Source of the DNA: Escherichia phage Es2
Direction: 5' to 3' (one strand)
Length of the DNA: 64,000 bases
Sequence record: OR515477.1
Shown in pieces: positions 44,133 through 55,120 of the stretch. The position numbers and the translations under genes are program-made. A model generated the notes under the pieces. The model ran no database searches. It was given only the letters and a program-made list of their open reading frames with translations, and was not told the DNA's origin. How positions within the stretch are numbered: position 1 is the first letter of the stretch; the number at the start of each line of letters is the position of its first letter.

Positions 44133-44618
44133 ATGGATCACAGAACAAGTATAGCACAAGCTCTGGTTGACCGAATAGCCAAACAAATGGATGGCTCCCA
44201 ACCAGATGAATATTTTAATAACTTGTATGGAAACGTCTCACGTCAAACTTATAAGTTTGAGGAGATAAGAGAGTTTCCTTATGTTGCAGTTCATATCGGA
44301 ACTGAAACTGGGCAGTATCTTCCCTCAGGTCAACAGTGGATGTTTTTAGAACTTCCTATCCTGGTGTATGATAAAGAGAAAACAGACATTCAAGAGCAAC
44401 TTGAAAAACTCGTAGCGGATATAAAAACCGTTATTGACACAGGTGGAAATTTAGAATATACTGTTAGTAAACCTAATGGATCGACCTTCCCATGTGAGGC
44501 GACTGATATGAGCATTACATCAGTTAGTACAGATGAGGGTCTACTGGCCCCATATGGTTTAGCAGAAATAAATGTAACAGTGAGGTATCAGCCTCCACGT
44601 AGGTCACTTCGCAGATAA
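44133..44618 (+). CDS. tail terminator / completion protein (putative)
   Basis: 161 aa; position immediately upstream of the tail tube gene. Confidence 0.5.
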   Translation: MDHRTSIAQALVDRIAKQMDGSQPDEYFNNLYGNVSRQTYKFEEIREFPYVAVHIGTETGQYLPSGQQWMFLELPILVYDKEKTDIQEQLEKLVADIKTVIDTGGNLEYTVSKPNGSTFPCEATDMSITSVSTDEGLLAPYGLAEINVTVRYQPPRRSLRR

Positions 44619-44644
44619 GTTACAGATTAGGAGAAAATAATTAA

Positions 44645-46051
44645 ATGTCTTTACAACTATTACGTAATACTCGAATCTTCGTGTCTACGGTTAAGACTGG
44701 TCACGATAAGACCAACACGCAAGAGATTCTAGTTCAGGATGATATTTCTTGGGGTCAGGACAGTAACTCAACAGATATTACTGTTAACGAAGCTGGTCCG
44801 CGTCCTACTCGTGGTTCTAAACGTTTTAACGATTCTTTAAATGCGGCTGAGTGGAGTTTTTCTACTTATATCCTGCCATACAAGGATAAAACTACTAGCA
44901 AACAAATTGTCCCTGACTATATGTTATGGCATGCACTTTCTAGTGGTAAAGCTATTAACCTTGATGGAGATACCGGAGCACATAATAATGCTACTAACTT
45001 CATGGTTAACTTCAAAGATAACGCATATCACGAACTGGCTATGCTGCATATTTACATTCTAACTGACAATGCGTGGAGTTACATTGACTCTTGCCAGATC
45101 AACCAGGCAGAAGTTAACGTTGATATTGAAGATATTGGTCGTGTAACTTGGTCTGGTAATGGTAATCAGCTCATCCCGTTAGACAGCCAACCATTTGACC
45201 CTGATGCATTAGGTATTGATGATGAAACCTATATGGCTATTCAGAGTTCTTACATTAAGAACAAGTTAACTATCCTAAAAATTAAGGATATGGATTCTGA
45301 TAAGGCATATGATATTCCTATTACTGGTGGTACTTTTACCATTAATAACAACATCACGTACCTAACCCCGAATATTATGTCACGTGTAAATATTCCAATC
45401 GGCTCATTTACTGGTGCGTTTGAACTAACGGGTTCTTTGACAGCATACCTTAATGATAAGTCTCTAGGATCTATGGAATTATATAAAGATCTAATTAAAA
45501 CCCTTAAGGTAGTTAACCGTTTTGAAATCGCACTTATTTTGGGTGGTGAATATGACGAGGAACGTCCGGCAGCTGTGTTAGTTGCTAAACAGGCGCACGT
45601 TAACATTCCTACTATTGAGACTGATGATGTACTTGGTACTTCAGTAGAGTTTAAGGCTATTCCTACAGATTTGGATACTGGTGACGAGGGTTATCTCGGA
45701 TTTTCTAACAAGTATACAAAAACTACTGTGGCTAATCTGATTGCTACGGGGGATGGTGCTAAAACTCCACCAAAACTAGTTGAATCAATCACAGTTAAAT
45801 CTGCTGGTGAGGCTACTTCTGTAACAAATAGTAATACTTTACAGATGTCTGTTGAGGTAACACCTCCAGAAGCTACTAATAAGGCTGTAACTTGGTCTAT
45901 TTCTAGCGGTAACGCAGCTACGATTGATGCAGAATCAGGGTTATTAACAGCTGATGCTTCTAGAACTGGTGCAGTTACTGTGAAGGCTGTAGCTAAAGAC
46001 GGTTCTGGTGTAGAAGGTACTAAAACTATCACAGTTAGTGCTGGTGGTTAA
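44645..46051 (+). CDS. major tail tube protein with C-terminal Ig-like domain (pb6-like)
   Basis: 468 aa; C-terminal Ig-like segment VTVKAVAKDGSGVEGTKTITVSAG. Confidence 0.8.
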   Translation: MSLQLLRNTRIFVSTVKTGHDKTNTQEILVQDDISWGQDSNSTDITVNEAGPRPTRGSKRFNDSLNAAEWSFSTYILPYKDKTTSKQIVPDYMLWHALSSGKAINLDGDTGAHNNATNFMVNFKDNAYHELAMLHIYILTDNAWSYIDSCQINQAEVNVDIEDIGRVTWSGNGNQLIPLDSQPFDPDALGIDDETYMAIQSSYIKNKLTILKIKDMDSDKAYDIPITGGTFTINNNITYLTPNIMSRVNIPIGSFTGAFELTGSLTAYLNDKSLGSMELYKDLIKTLKVVNRFEIALILGGEYDEERPAAVLVAKQAHVNIPTIETDDVLGTSVEFKAIPTDLDTGDEGYLGFSNKYTKTTVANLIATGDGAKTPPKLVESITVKSAGEATSVTNSNTLQMSVEVTPPEATNKAVTWSISSGNAATIDAESGLLTADASRTGAVTVKAVAKDGSGVEGTKTITVSAGG

Positions 46052-46055
46052 ATAA

Positions 46056-46955
46056 ATGTACTACTCTCTAATGCGAGAGTCAAAAGTTATAGTTGAGTAT
46101 GATGGTAGGGCATTTCATTTTGATGCCCTATCAAACTATGATGTACAAACCTCCTACGAGGAATTCAAGACTCTTCGTAGGACTGTTCATCGTAGAACTA
46201 ACTATGCAGACTCTATTATAAATGCTCAAACCCCTTCTTCTATCTCTCTAGCAGTAAATTTTAGTAATACTCTTACTGAAGCTAACTTCTTTGAATGGTT
46301 AGGTTTTGATAGAAAAGGTAATACTTTCTTACTCCCATTATATAGTAATAATATTGAACCTATTATGTTTAATATCTATATAGTAAATAAAGATAATAAC
46401 TGTGTATATTTTGAAAACTGCTATGTATCTACAGTAGATTTTTCTTTAGATAAAAATATACCAATTCTTAATGTTGGTATTGAATCGGGAAAATTTTCCG
46501 AAGTATCTACGTATAGGGAAGCAGCTTCTATTATACAGGGTGAAGTAATGTCTTACAGCCCAGTAATAGCTTCTACTAATGGCAGCATCTTACCAGGTCT
46601 TATTTCTGCCTCTTTATCTTTCCAACAGCAGTGCTCCTGGAGAGAGGATAAGAGTGTTTTTGATATAAATAAAATTTATAATAATAAAAGAGCTTATGTA
46701 ACTGAAATGAATGCTTCGGCAACCATTTCTCTGTACTACTTAAAACGTTTTGCAGGAGACATGGTTTACAATATCGAACCGGAGATAGATGTACCATTAA
46801 ATATAAGAAATAATAATATTTCTATAGATTTTCCTTCAGCACGTATTACAAAACGCCTAGATTTCTCAGATGTGTATAGAGTTGAGTGGGATATTATACC
46901 TACTGCTTCTTCAGACCCAGTGAGAATAGATTTCTTTGGAGAAATTAAAAAATGA
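46056..46955 (+). CDS. tail tip ring protein (p140-like)
   Basis: 299 aa; position and size. Confidence 0.6.
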   Translation: MYYSLMRESKVIVEYDGRAFHFDALSNYDVQTSYEEFKTLRRTVHRRTNYADSIINAQTPSSISLAVNFSNTLTEANFFEWLGFDRKGNTFLLPLYSNNIEPIMFNIYIVNKDNNCVYFENCYVSTVDFSLDKNIPILNVGIESGKFSEVSTYREAASIIQGEVMSYSPVIASTNGSILPGLISASLSFQQQCSWREDKSVFDINKIYNNKRAYVTEMNASATISLYYLKRFAGDMVYNIEPEIDVPLNIRNNNISIDFPSARITKRLDFSDVYRVEWDIIPTASSDPVRIDFFGEIKK

Positions 46956-47356
46956 TTAATTTAAAAGATATTACTCTCGATACTCGTACTATTACTCTTT
47001 CCTACCCGGGTATGCCGAACTTTAAACTAGAACTTAACTATATGTCTCGTGCTACCTCTAAACGTGTTATTTCTTCTGCTAAACGCGATGAATGGGTTAA
47101 TGGTACTTTGATTCAGGTACAGGATGATGATAAGTTCATTGAAGCCTTTGTTGACGCAGCTATTAAAGGTTGGACCGGTTTGACTGTAGGTGATGTTGAA
47201 AAACTGATGCTGATTGAAACAGATGCTGATCCTGCTACTGAAGTTCCTTTTAGCCGCGATAATGCTGTAATGCTCATGCAGAACTCTGCTGCGTTTGATT
47301 CTTGGATCAACCAGACAGTGTTCCACTTAGATACTTTTCGTAGCCCAAAAGCGTAA
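46952..47356 (+). CDS. tail assembly chaperone (putative)
   Basis: 134 aa; position upstream of tape measure. Confidence 0.5.
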   Translation: MINLKDITLDTRTITLSYPGMPNFKLELNYMSRATSKRVISSAKRDEWVNGTLIQVQDDDKFIEAFVDAAIKGWTGLTVGDVEKLMLIETDADPATEVPFSRDNAVMLMQNSAAFDSWINQTVFHLDTFRSPKA

Positions 47357-47417
47357 AGAACTTCTAGATGCTGTTGCTGATTTCGCAGATAAATGTATTA
47401 AAAGCTCAGCATCTAAA

Positions 47418-47786
47418 ATGACCAAACAACAATATTTAATACTTTGTGAGTCAATGGGTATAGAACCTGATCCTAAGGCTATGCCTGTTGAACTCGAAGA
47501 TTTTCCACCTATTGTGGCTATTAGTATGAATATTTATAATAGTCTGATTGACTGCTTCATACCAAGTGACTTTCCTATCTTTATAGGTAAAGATAAGGCT
47601 GCTCTAGGTGTTTTATTTGATATTTATGGGATTACTGATCCTATAGAGAAAGAATTTGTTCTACACATTATCAATATATTTGATGCTAAAGCTGTAGATG
47701 CTGCACGTAAACGTGCTGAGAAGCATAAACCGCAAAACGGAAGGATTCCTAACGTTAAGCCACATGCTAGATCTCGTGCACGGTAA
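47418..47786 (+). CDS. hypothetical tail assembly protein
   Basis: 122 aa; basic C-terminus; position upstream of tape measure. Confidence 0.5.
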   Translation: MTKQQYLILCESMGIEPDPKAMPVELEDFPPIVAISMNIYNSLIDCFIPSDFPIFIGKDKAALGVLFDIYGITDPIEKEFVLHIINIFDAKAVDAARKRAEKHKPQNGRIPNVKPHARSRAR

Positions 47787-47821
47787 AAGTTTCCTCCAAT
47801 GGGCGTTCCACGATGAGGCTT

Positions 47822-47853
47822 GGCTCTGGGTGATTTGCCCAGAGCCTTTTTTA
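47822..47853 (+). terminator. intrinsic terminator
   Basis: Hairpin GGCTCTGGG...CCCAGAGCC followed by TTTTTT. Confidence 0.8.
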
Positions 47854-47869
47854 TTGGGAAAAATAAAAT

Positions 47870-50800
47870 ATGACTGACAAGCTAATACGAGAATTACTAA
47901 TAGACGTTAAACAGAAGGGGGCAACTCGTACTGCAAAGTCTATTGAAAACGTATCTGATGCATTAGAGAATGCTGCTGCTGCTTCTGAACTAACAAATGA
48001 GCAGTTAGGTAAAATGCCCAGAACTCTTTATTCCATTGAGAGGGCAGCAGACAGAGCAGCGAAAAGTCTTACTAAAATGCAAGCTAGTAGGGGTATGGCT
48101 GGTATCACTAAATCCATTGATGGTATTGGTGATAAGCTAGACTACCTAGCTATCCAGCTTATTGAAGTAACAGATAAACTAGAAATTGGATTCGATGGAG
48201 TTTCTAGATCTGTTAAAACAATGGGTAATGATGTTGCAGCTGCAACAGAAAAAGTCCAGGATAGATTATACGATACTAATAGAGCATTAGGTGGCACAGC
48301 TAGGGGTTTTAATGATACTGCTGGTGCCGCTGGTAGAGCTTCTAGAGCTATTGGTAATACTTCTGGTTCAGCACGTGGTGCAACTCGTGATTTTGCGGCA
48401 ATGGCTAAGATCGGTGGTAGTCTACCTATTATGTACGCAGCTCTTGCTTCCAACATCTTCGTTTTGCAATCAGCATTTGAACAACTTAAACTAGGTGATC
48501 AGCTAAATCGTCTAGAAAAATTTGGTGTTATAGTAGGTACTCAGACAGGTACTCCTGTTCAGACCCTTGCTAGATCGTTACAAGAAGCTGCCGGATATGC
48601 TATTTCTTTTGAGGAAGCAATGAGACAGGCATCTTCAGCATCTGCTTATGGATTTGATGCTGAACAACTTAATAAATTTGGTTTAGTAGCTCGTCGTGCG
48701 GCTGCTGTTCTTGGCGTTGATATGACTGATGCACTTAACCGTGTAATTAAGGGCGTATCTAAACAAGAAATCGAACTTCTGGATGAACTTGGTGTTACTA
48801 TTCGCCTTAACGATGCTTATGCTGATTACGTTAAACAGTTAAATGCTGCAAACACAGGTATAACATATAATGTTAATAGTCTTACCACTTTCCAGAAACA
48901 ACAAGCATACGCTAACGCGGTAATTGCTGAATCTACTAAGCGGTTTGGCTACCTAGATGAAGTACTACGTGCAACTCCATGGGAGCAATTTGCTGCTAAT
49001 GCAGATGCTGCACTAAGAAAAATACAACAAGCTGCTGCTAAGTATTTAGGGCCAGTAATTGATGCTATCAATACAGTATTTTATACATCTCAGGCTTCTA
49101 TATCTGCGGAGGCAGCTAGAGCTCAAGAAAAAACTAATAGACAGATAGACCCTACCAACGTTGGTGCTGTTGCTTTAAGTTTAGCTGCTTCTGAAGAAGG
49201 CTATAATAAAGCTCTAGATATGTATAAGGAATCTCTTGATAAGCGTAATAAGCTAAAATCTGAGTTCGATAAACGAATGGAACAAGCAGATTTCTATACA
49301 AAACTAGCTATACGTCAAGTTGGTGAAGGTATTCCTGTTGGTCTCGCAGCAGCAGGTGCTTCGGAGGCCAATAAGCAATTTGTAGCAGAAACTGCAGCTA
49401 TGGGTCTACAAGTAACTAGACTTGGTAAGGAAGTAGAGGATTCTACAGAGAACCTCAATGCTTGGAAATCAGCGTATCAAGCTGCTGGGGCTGCTGCTGC
49501 AAAGGCTAGTCCAGAGTTTCAGAAGCAAATTAATCTACAGAGAGATACTACTGATCCTGATGCTGTATACGATTTTAATTCTACTGTATTAAAAGGTCTA
49601 ACTGAGCAACAGAAAGCGTACAATCAGACTAAGAAAACTGCTAGTGACTTAGCTAATGATATACAGAACGTTGCTCAGAATACAGATACTGCTGCTAAAA
49701 CTAGTGCTACTTTAGCAGATGCTATAAAAAACATAGAATCTCTATCTCTAGGTACTGGTAAGAGTGCTGATGAATACGTTAAAAATCTTAACCTAGGCTA
49801 CAACACTCTGTCTGAAATGAAAACTGCGTCTCAGGCCTTATCTGAGTACGTTAAACTAACCGGTAATGAGACTAAGAACCAGTTAGCAGTTCAACAGAAG
49901 ATAGCTGACGTATACAACCAAACTAAAGATAAAGAAAAGGCACAGGAAGCCGGTAGGCGTTTAGAACTCCAACAGTTAGAAGAGCAAGAAGCTGCTTTAC
50001 GCCGTGTTCTTCAAACAAACCAGGGAAATAAAGCTGTTGAGAAAGAAATTGAAAAAATTCAGCTGGAGAAACTTAAACTTACTAATCAGGGTATGGAGGC
50101 TCAGAAGAAAGTTAAGGATTATACAGATAAAATTCTGGGTGTAGACCGTGAGATAGCTCTTCTGAATGACCGTACTATGACTAGCACTCAGTATAGATTA
50201 GCACAGTTAAGGTTAGAACTAACCATAGAGGAAGAAAAATACGAGTGGTACTTAAAACAAGCGGATAAACAAAAAGAGGCAGAGCAGTCTAGACGTGCTC
50301 AAGCACAGATAAGTAGAGAGTTATGGGAAGCAGAGAAACAAGCTACTGCTACTCATGTATCCGCCCTTATGGATGCCTTAGAGGTTAGCCAAACGCAGAG
50401 AAATGTCACTGGTCAGTCACAGATTCTCACTGAAAGGTTATCTATTCTGCAGCAGCAGCTGGAACTGTCTAAAGGTAATACTGAAGAAGAAATTAAATAT
50501 CGTAATGAGATTTATAAAACTTCAGCAGCCTTAGAGCAGCTTAGAAAACAGAGAGATAGCCAGATGCAGCAACAGGTAGGGTCTTCTGTAGGTGCTGTAT
50601 ATACTCCTACAACTGGACTATCTGGAGAAGATAAAGATTTTGCTGATATGGGAAATAGAATGGCTTCTTATGATCAGGCAATCTCTAAACTATCTGAGCT
50701 AAACTCTGAAGCAACCGCTGTAGCTCAAAGCATGGGTAACTTAACCAATGCTATGATTCAATTCTCTCAGGGATCTTTAGATACTACATCTATGATTGCT

Positions 50801-51550
50801 TCCGGTATGCAGACTGTGGCCTCTATGATTCAATATAGTACTAGTCAACAGGTTAGTGCAATTGATCAGGCTATTGCAGCAGAGCAGAAACGAGATGGTA
50901 AATCTGAAGCATCTAAAGCTAAACTGAAAAAGTTAGAAGCTGAAAAGCTGAAGATTCAACAAGACGCAGCTAAGAAGCAGATTATCATCCAAACTGCCGT
51001 AGCTGTAATGCAGGCGGCAACAGCTGTACCTTACCCGTTCTCTATCCCTCTAATGGTAGCGGCAGGTTTGGCAGGTGCATTAGCTCTTGCTCAAGCATCT
51101 TCTGCATCTGGTATGTCAAGTATTGCTGATTCTGGAGCGGATACAACTAGTTACCTAACCTTAGGAGAGCGCCAGAAGAATATAGATGTGTCTATGTCTG
51201 CTAATGCTGGTGAATTATCTTATATTCGTGGCGATAAAGGCATAGGCGGTGCTAATTCATTTGTGCCTCGTGCCGAAGGTGGTAATATGTACCCTGGGGT
51301 TAGCTATCAAATGGGGGAGCATGGTACAGAAGTAGTTACCCCTATGGTTCCTATGAAAGCTACGCCTAATGATGAGCTAAAAACCTCATCCAACTCAACT
51401 TCAGGAAGACCTATCATCCTGAATATTAGTGCTATGGATGCTGCAAGTTTTAGAGAGTTTGCTTCTAGTAATAGTGGTGCTCTAAGAGACGCGGTAGAAT
51501 TAGCTCTGAATGAGAACGGTGCTAGTCTGAAAACATTAGGAAATTCTTAA
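47870..51550 (+). CDS. tape measure protein (pb2-like)
   Basis: 1226 aa; long coiled-coil regions, Ala/Gly-rich hydrophobic stretch near C-terminus. Confidence 0.85.
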   Translation: MTDKLIRELLIDVKQKGATRTAKSIENVSDALENAAAASELTNEQLGKMPRTLYSIERAADRAAKSLTKMQASRGMAGITKSIDGIGDKLDYLAIQLIEVTDKLEIGFDGVSRSVKTMGNDVAAATEKVQDRLYDTNRALGGTARGFNDTAGAAGRASRAIGNTSGSARGATRDFAAMAKIGGSLPIMYAALASNIFVLQSAFEQLKLGDQLNRLEKFGVIVGTQTGTPVQTLARSLQEAAGYAISFEEAMRQASSASAYGFDAEQLNKFGLVARRAAAVLGVDMTDALNRVIKGVSKQEIELLDELGVTIRLNDAYADYVKQLNAANTGITYNVNSLTTFQKQQAYANAVIAESTKRFGYLDEVLRATPWEQFAANADAALRKIQQAAAKYLGPVIDAINTVFYTSQASISAEAARAQEKTNRQIDPTNVGAVALSLAASEEGYNKALDMYKESLDKRNKLKSEFDKRMEQADFYTKLAIRQVGEGIPVGLAAAGASEANKQFVAETAAMGLQVTRLGKEVEDSTENLNAWKSAYQAAGAAAAKASPEFQKQINLQRDTTDPDAVYDFNSTVLKGLTEQQKAYNQTKKTASDLANDIQNVAQNTDTAAKTSATLADAIKNIESLSLGTGKSADEYVKNLNLGYNTLSEMKTASQALSEYVKLTGNETKNQLAVQQKIADVYNQTKDKEKAQEAGRRLELQQLEEQEAALRRVLQTNQGNKAVEKEIEKIQLEKLKLTNQGMEAQKKVKDYTDKILGVDREIALLNDRTMTSTQYRLAQLRLELTIEEEKYEWYLKQADKQKEAEQSRRAQAQISRELWEAEKQATATHVSALMDALEVSQTQRNVTGQSQILTERLSILQQQLELSKGNTEEEIKYRNEIYKTSAALEQLRKQRDSQMQQQVGSSVGAVYTPTTGLSGEDKDFADMGNRMASYDQAISKLSELNSEATAVAQSMGNLTNAMIQFSQGSLDTTSMIASGMQTVASMIQYSTSQQVSAIDQAIAAEQKRDGKSEASKAKLKKLEAEKLKIQQDAAKKQIIIQTAVAVMQAATAVPYPFSIPLMVAAGLAGALALAQASSASGMSSIADSGADTTSYLTLGERQKNIDVSMSANAGELSYIRGDKGIGGANSFVPRAEGGNMYPGVSYQMGEHGTEVVTPMVPMKATPNDELKTSSNSTSGRPIILNISAMDAASFREFASSNSGALRDAVELALNENGASLKTLGNS

Positions 51551-51554
51551 AACT

Positions 51555-51584
51555 GGAGGAGGACTTTGAGTCCTCCTTTTCTTT
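51555..51584 (+). terminator. intrinsic terminator
   Basis: Hairpin GGAGGAC-TTTGA-GTCCTCC followed by TTTTCTTT. Confidence 0.75.
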
Positions 51585-51659
51585 ATGGAAAAATAAAAAT
51601 TTCTTGATAAAATTTTCTAATACTATTATAATAATTGTATCTAAGAGGAGAAATTAACT

Positions 51660-52274
51660 ATGAGATTACCAGACCCATACACGAATCCAGAACTTTCAGG
51701 ATTAGGATTCGAAAGTGTTAACCTGATTGATAATGACCCAGTAATTCGTGATGAGTTACCTAATGGTAAAGTTAACGAAGTTAAGGTATCTGCTCAGTAC
51801 TGGGGTATAAATATTTCTTACCCAGAATTGTTTCCCGATGAATATAGTGTTCTCGATTCCTTTATTCTAGAGTATAAGAGGACAGGAGGCTATATTGATG
51901 TTATATTACCTCAGTATGAGGCTTTTAGGGTTAGGGGTAATACTAACTTAGTAAATATACCAGCAGGACAAAAAGGCTCCAATATTACTATGGATACAAA
52001 AGGTATTCTTACGGGTATCCCTAAACCAGGTGATTTATTTAAGTTATCCAATCACCCAAAAGTTTATAAAATAACATCATTTAATAGATCTGGTAATTCA
52101 TGGTCTATTAACGTATATCCTGACCTATTTATAACTACTACTGGAGCTGAAAAACCAGTATTTAATGGGATACTATTTAGAACAAAACTCATGAATGGTG
52201 ATGCTTTCGGATCTACATTAAATAATAATGGAACATACTCCGGCATCTCATTAAATTTACGGGAAAGTTTATGA
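51660..52274 (+). CDS. distal tail protein (Dit, pb9-like)
   Basis: 204 aa; position after tape measure. Confidence 0.75.
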   Translation: MRLPDPYTNPELSGLGFESVNLIDNDPVIRDELPNGKVNEVKVSAQYWGINISYPELFPDEYSVLDSFILEYKRTGGYIDVILPQYEAFRVRGNTNLVNIPAGQKGSNITMDTKGILTGIPKPGDLFKLSNHPKVYKITSFNRSGNSWSINVYPDLFITTTGAEKPVFNGILFRTKLMNGDAFGSTLNNNGTYSGISLNLRESL

Positions 52275-55120
52275 AAAAAATACTAGATAGTGCTAGAAAC
52301 TACTTAAAAAATAATAGCAGAATAAAAACTGCTAGTCTAATTTCTTTAGAATTACCTGGCTCTACTGGTACTAGTACTGCTTTTATTTACTTAACTGACT
52401 ATTTTAGAGATGTACTATATAATGGTATTTTGTACCAGGCCGGTAAAGTTAAGTCTATTAGCACACATAAACAAAATAGAGATTTATCTATTGGCAGCCT
52501 ATCTTTTACTATTACAGGTACAGCGCAGGATGAAGTACTGAAATTAGTGCAGAATGGTGTATCTTTTTTAGACAGATTAGTATCAATTCACCAAGCAATT
52601 ATTACAGAAGATGGTTCTATTTTATCTGTAGACCCAGACACAAATGGGCCTTTATTATACTTTAGAGGTAGAATTACTGGTGGAGGTATTAAGGATAATA
52701 TTAGCACTTCGGGAGTTGGAACCTCCACAATTACTTGGAATTGTTCTAACCAATTCTATGATTTTGATAGGGTTAATGGTAGATTTACTGATGATGCTTC
52801 TCATAGAGGGCTTGAAGTTGTAGCAGGACAATTACTTCCATCTAACGGGGCTAAAAGACTTGAGTACCAAGAAGACTACGGTTTCTTTCATGCCAATAAA
52901 AGTATCTCTATTCTAGCAAAGTATCAGGTACAGGAAGAAAGATACAAACTAAAGTCTAAGAAAAAGCTATTTGGACTATCTAGAAGTTATAGTCTTAAAA
53001 AGTATTATGAGACTGTTACTAAAGAAGTAGATATAGATTTTAACCTTGCTGCTAAGTATATACCAGTAGTTTATGGTGTACAGAAAATACCAGGAATACC
53101 TATTTTTGCGGATACGGAATTACATAATCCTAACATAGTTTATGTAGTATATGCTTTTGCTGAAGGAGAGATAGACGGTTTTCTTGACTTTTCCTTTGGG
53201 GATAACCCTATGATTTGTATGGACTCTAATGATAGCTCCGCTAGAACCTGCTTTGGTACTAAAAAAGTGGCTGGGGACACCATGCAAAGAATAGCGTCAG
53301 GAACACCTTCTAGTAGTCCTTCCGTTCATGGGCAGGAGTATAAGTATAATGATGGTAATGGTGACATAAGAATTTGGACGTATCATGGAAAACCTGACCA
53401 AACGGCTTCTGAAGTACTAGTAGATATAGCTAAAGAACGTGGGTTCTACCTTCAGAATATGAATGGCAATGGACCGGAGTATTGGGATGCTAGGTATAAA
53501 CTACTAGATACTGCATACGCAGTGGTGCGCTTCACTATTAATGAAAATAGGACTGAGATTCCTGAAGTTAGTGCTGAAATTCAAGGTAAAAAAGTAAAAG
53601 TCTATCATTCTGATGGTAGAGTAACTGCTAATAGTACTAGTTTAAATGGTATTTGGCAAACACTTGATTACTTAACCTCTGATAGATATGGCGCTAATAT
53701 TACCCTTGATCAGTTCCCTCTTCAGCAACTAATACAGGAAGCAGCTATTTTAGATATTATAGATGAATCCTATCAGGTATCTTGGCAGCCGTATTGGAGA
53801 TACGTTGGGTGGACTGATCCACTAGCAGAAAATAGACAAATAGTACAAATGAATACTATTCTGGATACATCTGAATCAGTATTTAAAAATGTGCAAGGTT
53901 TATTAGAGTCCTACGGTGGGGCTATTAACAATTTATCTGGCCAGTATAGAGTTACTGTAGAAAAATACTCTAATACTCCGCTAGAGATTAATTTTCTAGA
54001 TACTTACGGTGATTTGGAGCTATCAGATACTACTGGTAGAAATAAATTCAATTCAGTTCAAGCATCTATCGTAGATCCCGCCCTTAGTTGGAAAACTAAT
54101 TCCATTACATTCTATAATTCCAAGTATAAGGAACAGGACAAGAACCTAGATAAAAAATTACAACTGTCTTTTGCTAATATTACTAATTATTATACTGCAA
54201 GAAGTTTTGCTGATAGGGAGCTTAAGAAATCCAGATACTCAAGAACACTCTCTTTCTCATTACCATATCAATTCATTGGTATTGAACCTAATGATGCTAT
54301 TGCATTTACATACGACCGTTATGGGTGGGATAAGAAGTATTTCCTAGTAGACGAAGTGGAAAACTCTAGGGAAGGAAAAATAAATGTTACCCTACAGGAA
54401 TATGGAGAAGATGTATTTATCAATTCTGAGCAGGTTGATAATAGCGGTAATGATATTCCTGATATTAGTAATAATGTCCTTCCTCCTAGAGACTTTAAAT
54501 ATACTCCTACTCCTGGCGGTTTAGTAGGCTCTATAGGTAAAAATGGTGAGTTATCTTGGCTTCCGAGTCTAACCAATAATGTAGTCTATTACTCTATCGT
54601 GCATTCCGGTCATGCTGAACCTTATATTGTGCAGCAACTAGAAACAAATCCCAACGAACGGATGATCCAAGAGATAATTGGAGAGTCTGCAGGTTTAGCA
54701 ATATTTGAAATAAGGGCTGTGGATATAAACGGTAGAAGAAGTTCTCCAGTAACATTATCTATAGAACTTAACTCTGCTAAAAACCTAAGTGTAGTATCTA
54801 ATTTTAGGGTAACTAATACGGCTTCTGGGGATGTAACTGAGTTTGTAGGCCCAGATGTAAAACTAGCTTGGGATAGAATACCAGAAGAAGATATAATAGA
54901 GAGTATATTCTATACTCTGGAGATCTATGATTCCCAGAATAGAATGCTAAGAAGTGTACGTATTGAAAATCAGTATACTTATGACTATTTATTAACGTAT
55001 AATAAGGCAGATTTTGCTCTTCATAACAGTGATGCTCTAGGAATCAATAGAAAACTATATTTTCGTATTAGAGCAGAAGGAGATGATGGAGAACAGTCTG
55101 TGGAGTGGGCATCCATTTAA
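52271..55120 (+). CDS. baseplate hub protein (pb3-like)
   Basis: 949 aa; position and size. Confidence 0.8.
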   Translation: MKKILDSARNYLKNNSRIKTASLISLELPGSTGTSTAFIYLTDYFRDVLYNGILYQAGKVKSISTHKQNRDLSIGSLSFTITGTAQDEVLKLVQNGVSFLDRLVSIHQAIITEDGSILSVDPDTNGPLLYFRGRITGGGIKDNISTSGVGTSTITWNCSNQFYDFDRVNGRFTDDASHRGLEVVAGQLLPSNGAKRLEYQEDYGFFHANKSISILAKYQVQEERYKLKSKKKLFGLSRSYSLKKYYETVTKEVDIDFNLAAKYIPVVYGVQKIPGIPIFADTELHNPNIVYVVYAFAEGEIDGFLDFSFGDNPMICMDSNDSSARTCFGTKKVAGDTMQRIASGTPSSSPSVHGQEYKYNDGNGDIRIWTYHGKPDQTASEVLVDIAKERGFYLQNMNGNGPEYWDARYKLLDTAYAVVRFTINENRTEIPEVSAEIQGKKVKVYHSDGRVTANSTSLNGIWQTLDYLTSDRYGANITLDQFPLQQLIQEAAILDIIDESYQVSWQPYWRYVGWTDPLAENRQIVQMNTILDTSESVFKNVQGLLESYGGAINNLSGQYRVTVEKYSNTPLEINFLDTYGDLELSDTTGRNKFNSVQASIVDPALSWKTNSITFYNSKYKEQDKNLDKKLQLSFANITNYYTARSFADRELKKSRYSRTLSFSLPYQFIGIEPNDAIAFTYDRYGWDKKYFLVDEVENSREGKINVTLQEYGEDVFINSEQVDNSGNDIPDISNNVLPPRDFKYTPTPGGLVGSIGKNGELSWLPSLTNNVVYYSIVHSGHAEPYIVQQLETNPNERMIQEIIGESAGLAIFEIRAVDINGRRSSPVTLSIELNSAKNLSVVSNFRVTNTASGDVTEFVGPDVKLAWDRIPEEDIIESIFYTLEIYDSQNRMLRSVRIENQYTYDYLLTYNKADFALHNSDALGINRKLYFRIRAEGDDGEQSVEWASI

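Noticed and set aside
46952-47786. Programmed -1 frameshift joining the two ORFs upstream of the tape measure gene
   Set aside because: The downstream ORF is in the +1 frame relative to the upstream one, and the 26-nt overlap window (47331-47356) has no canonical XXXYYYZ slippery heptamer; not asserted.
41408-48494. Short ORFs nested within late genes on either strand (for example 41408..41686 -, 42401..42742 -, 45250..45606 -, 47027..47326 -, 48142..48456 -)
   Set aside because: Embedded in long structural genes with strong contextual support; no independent start signals.
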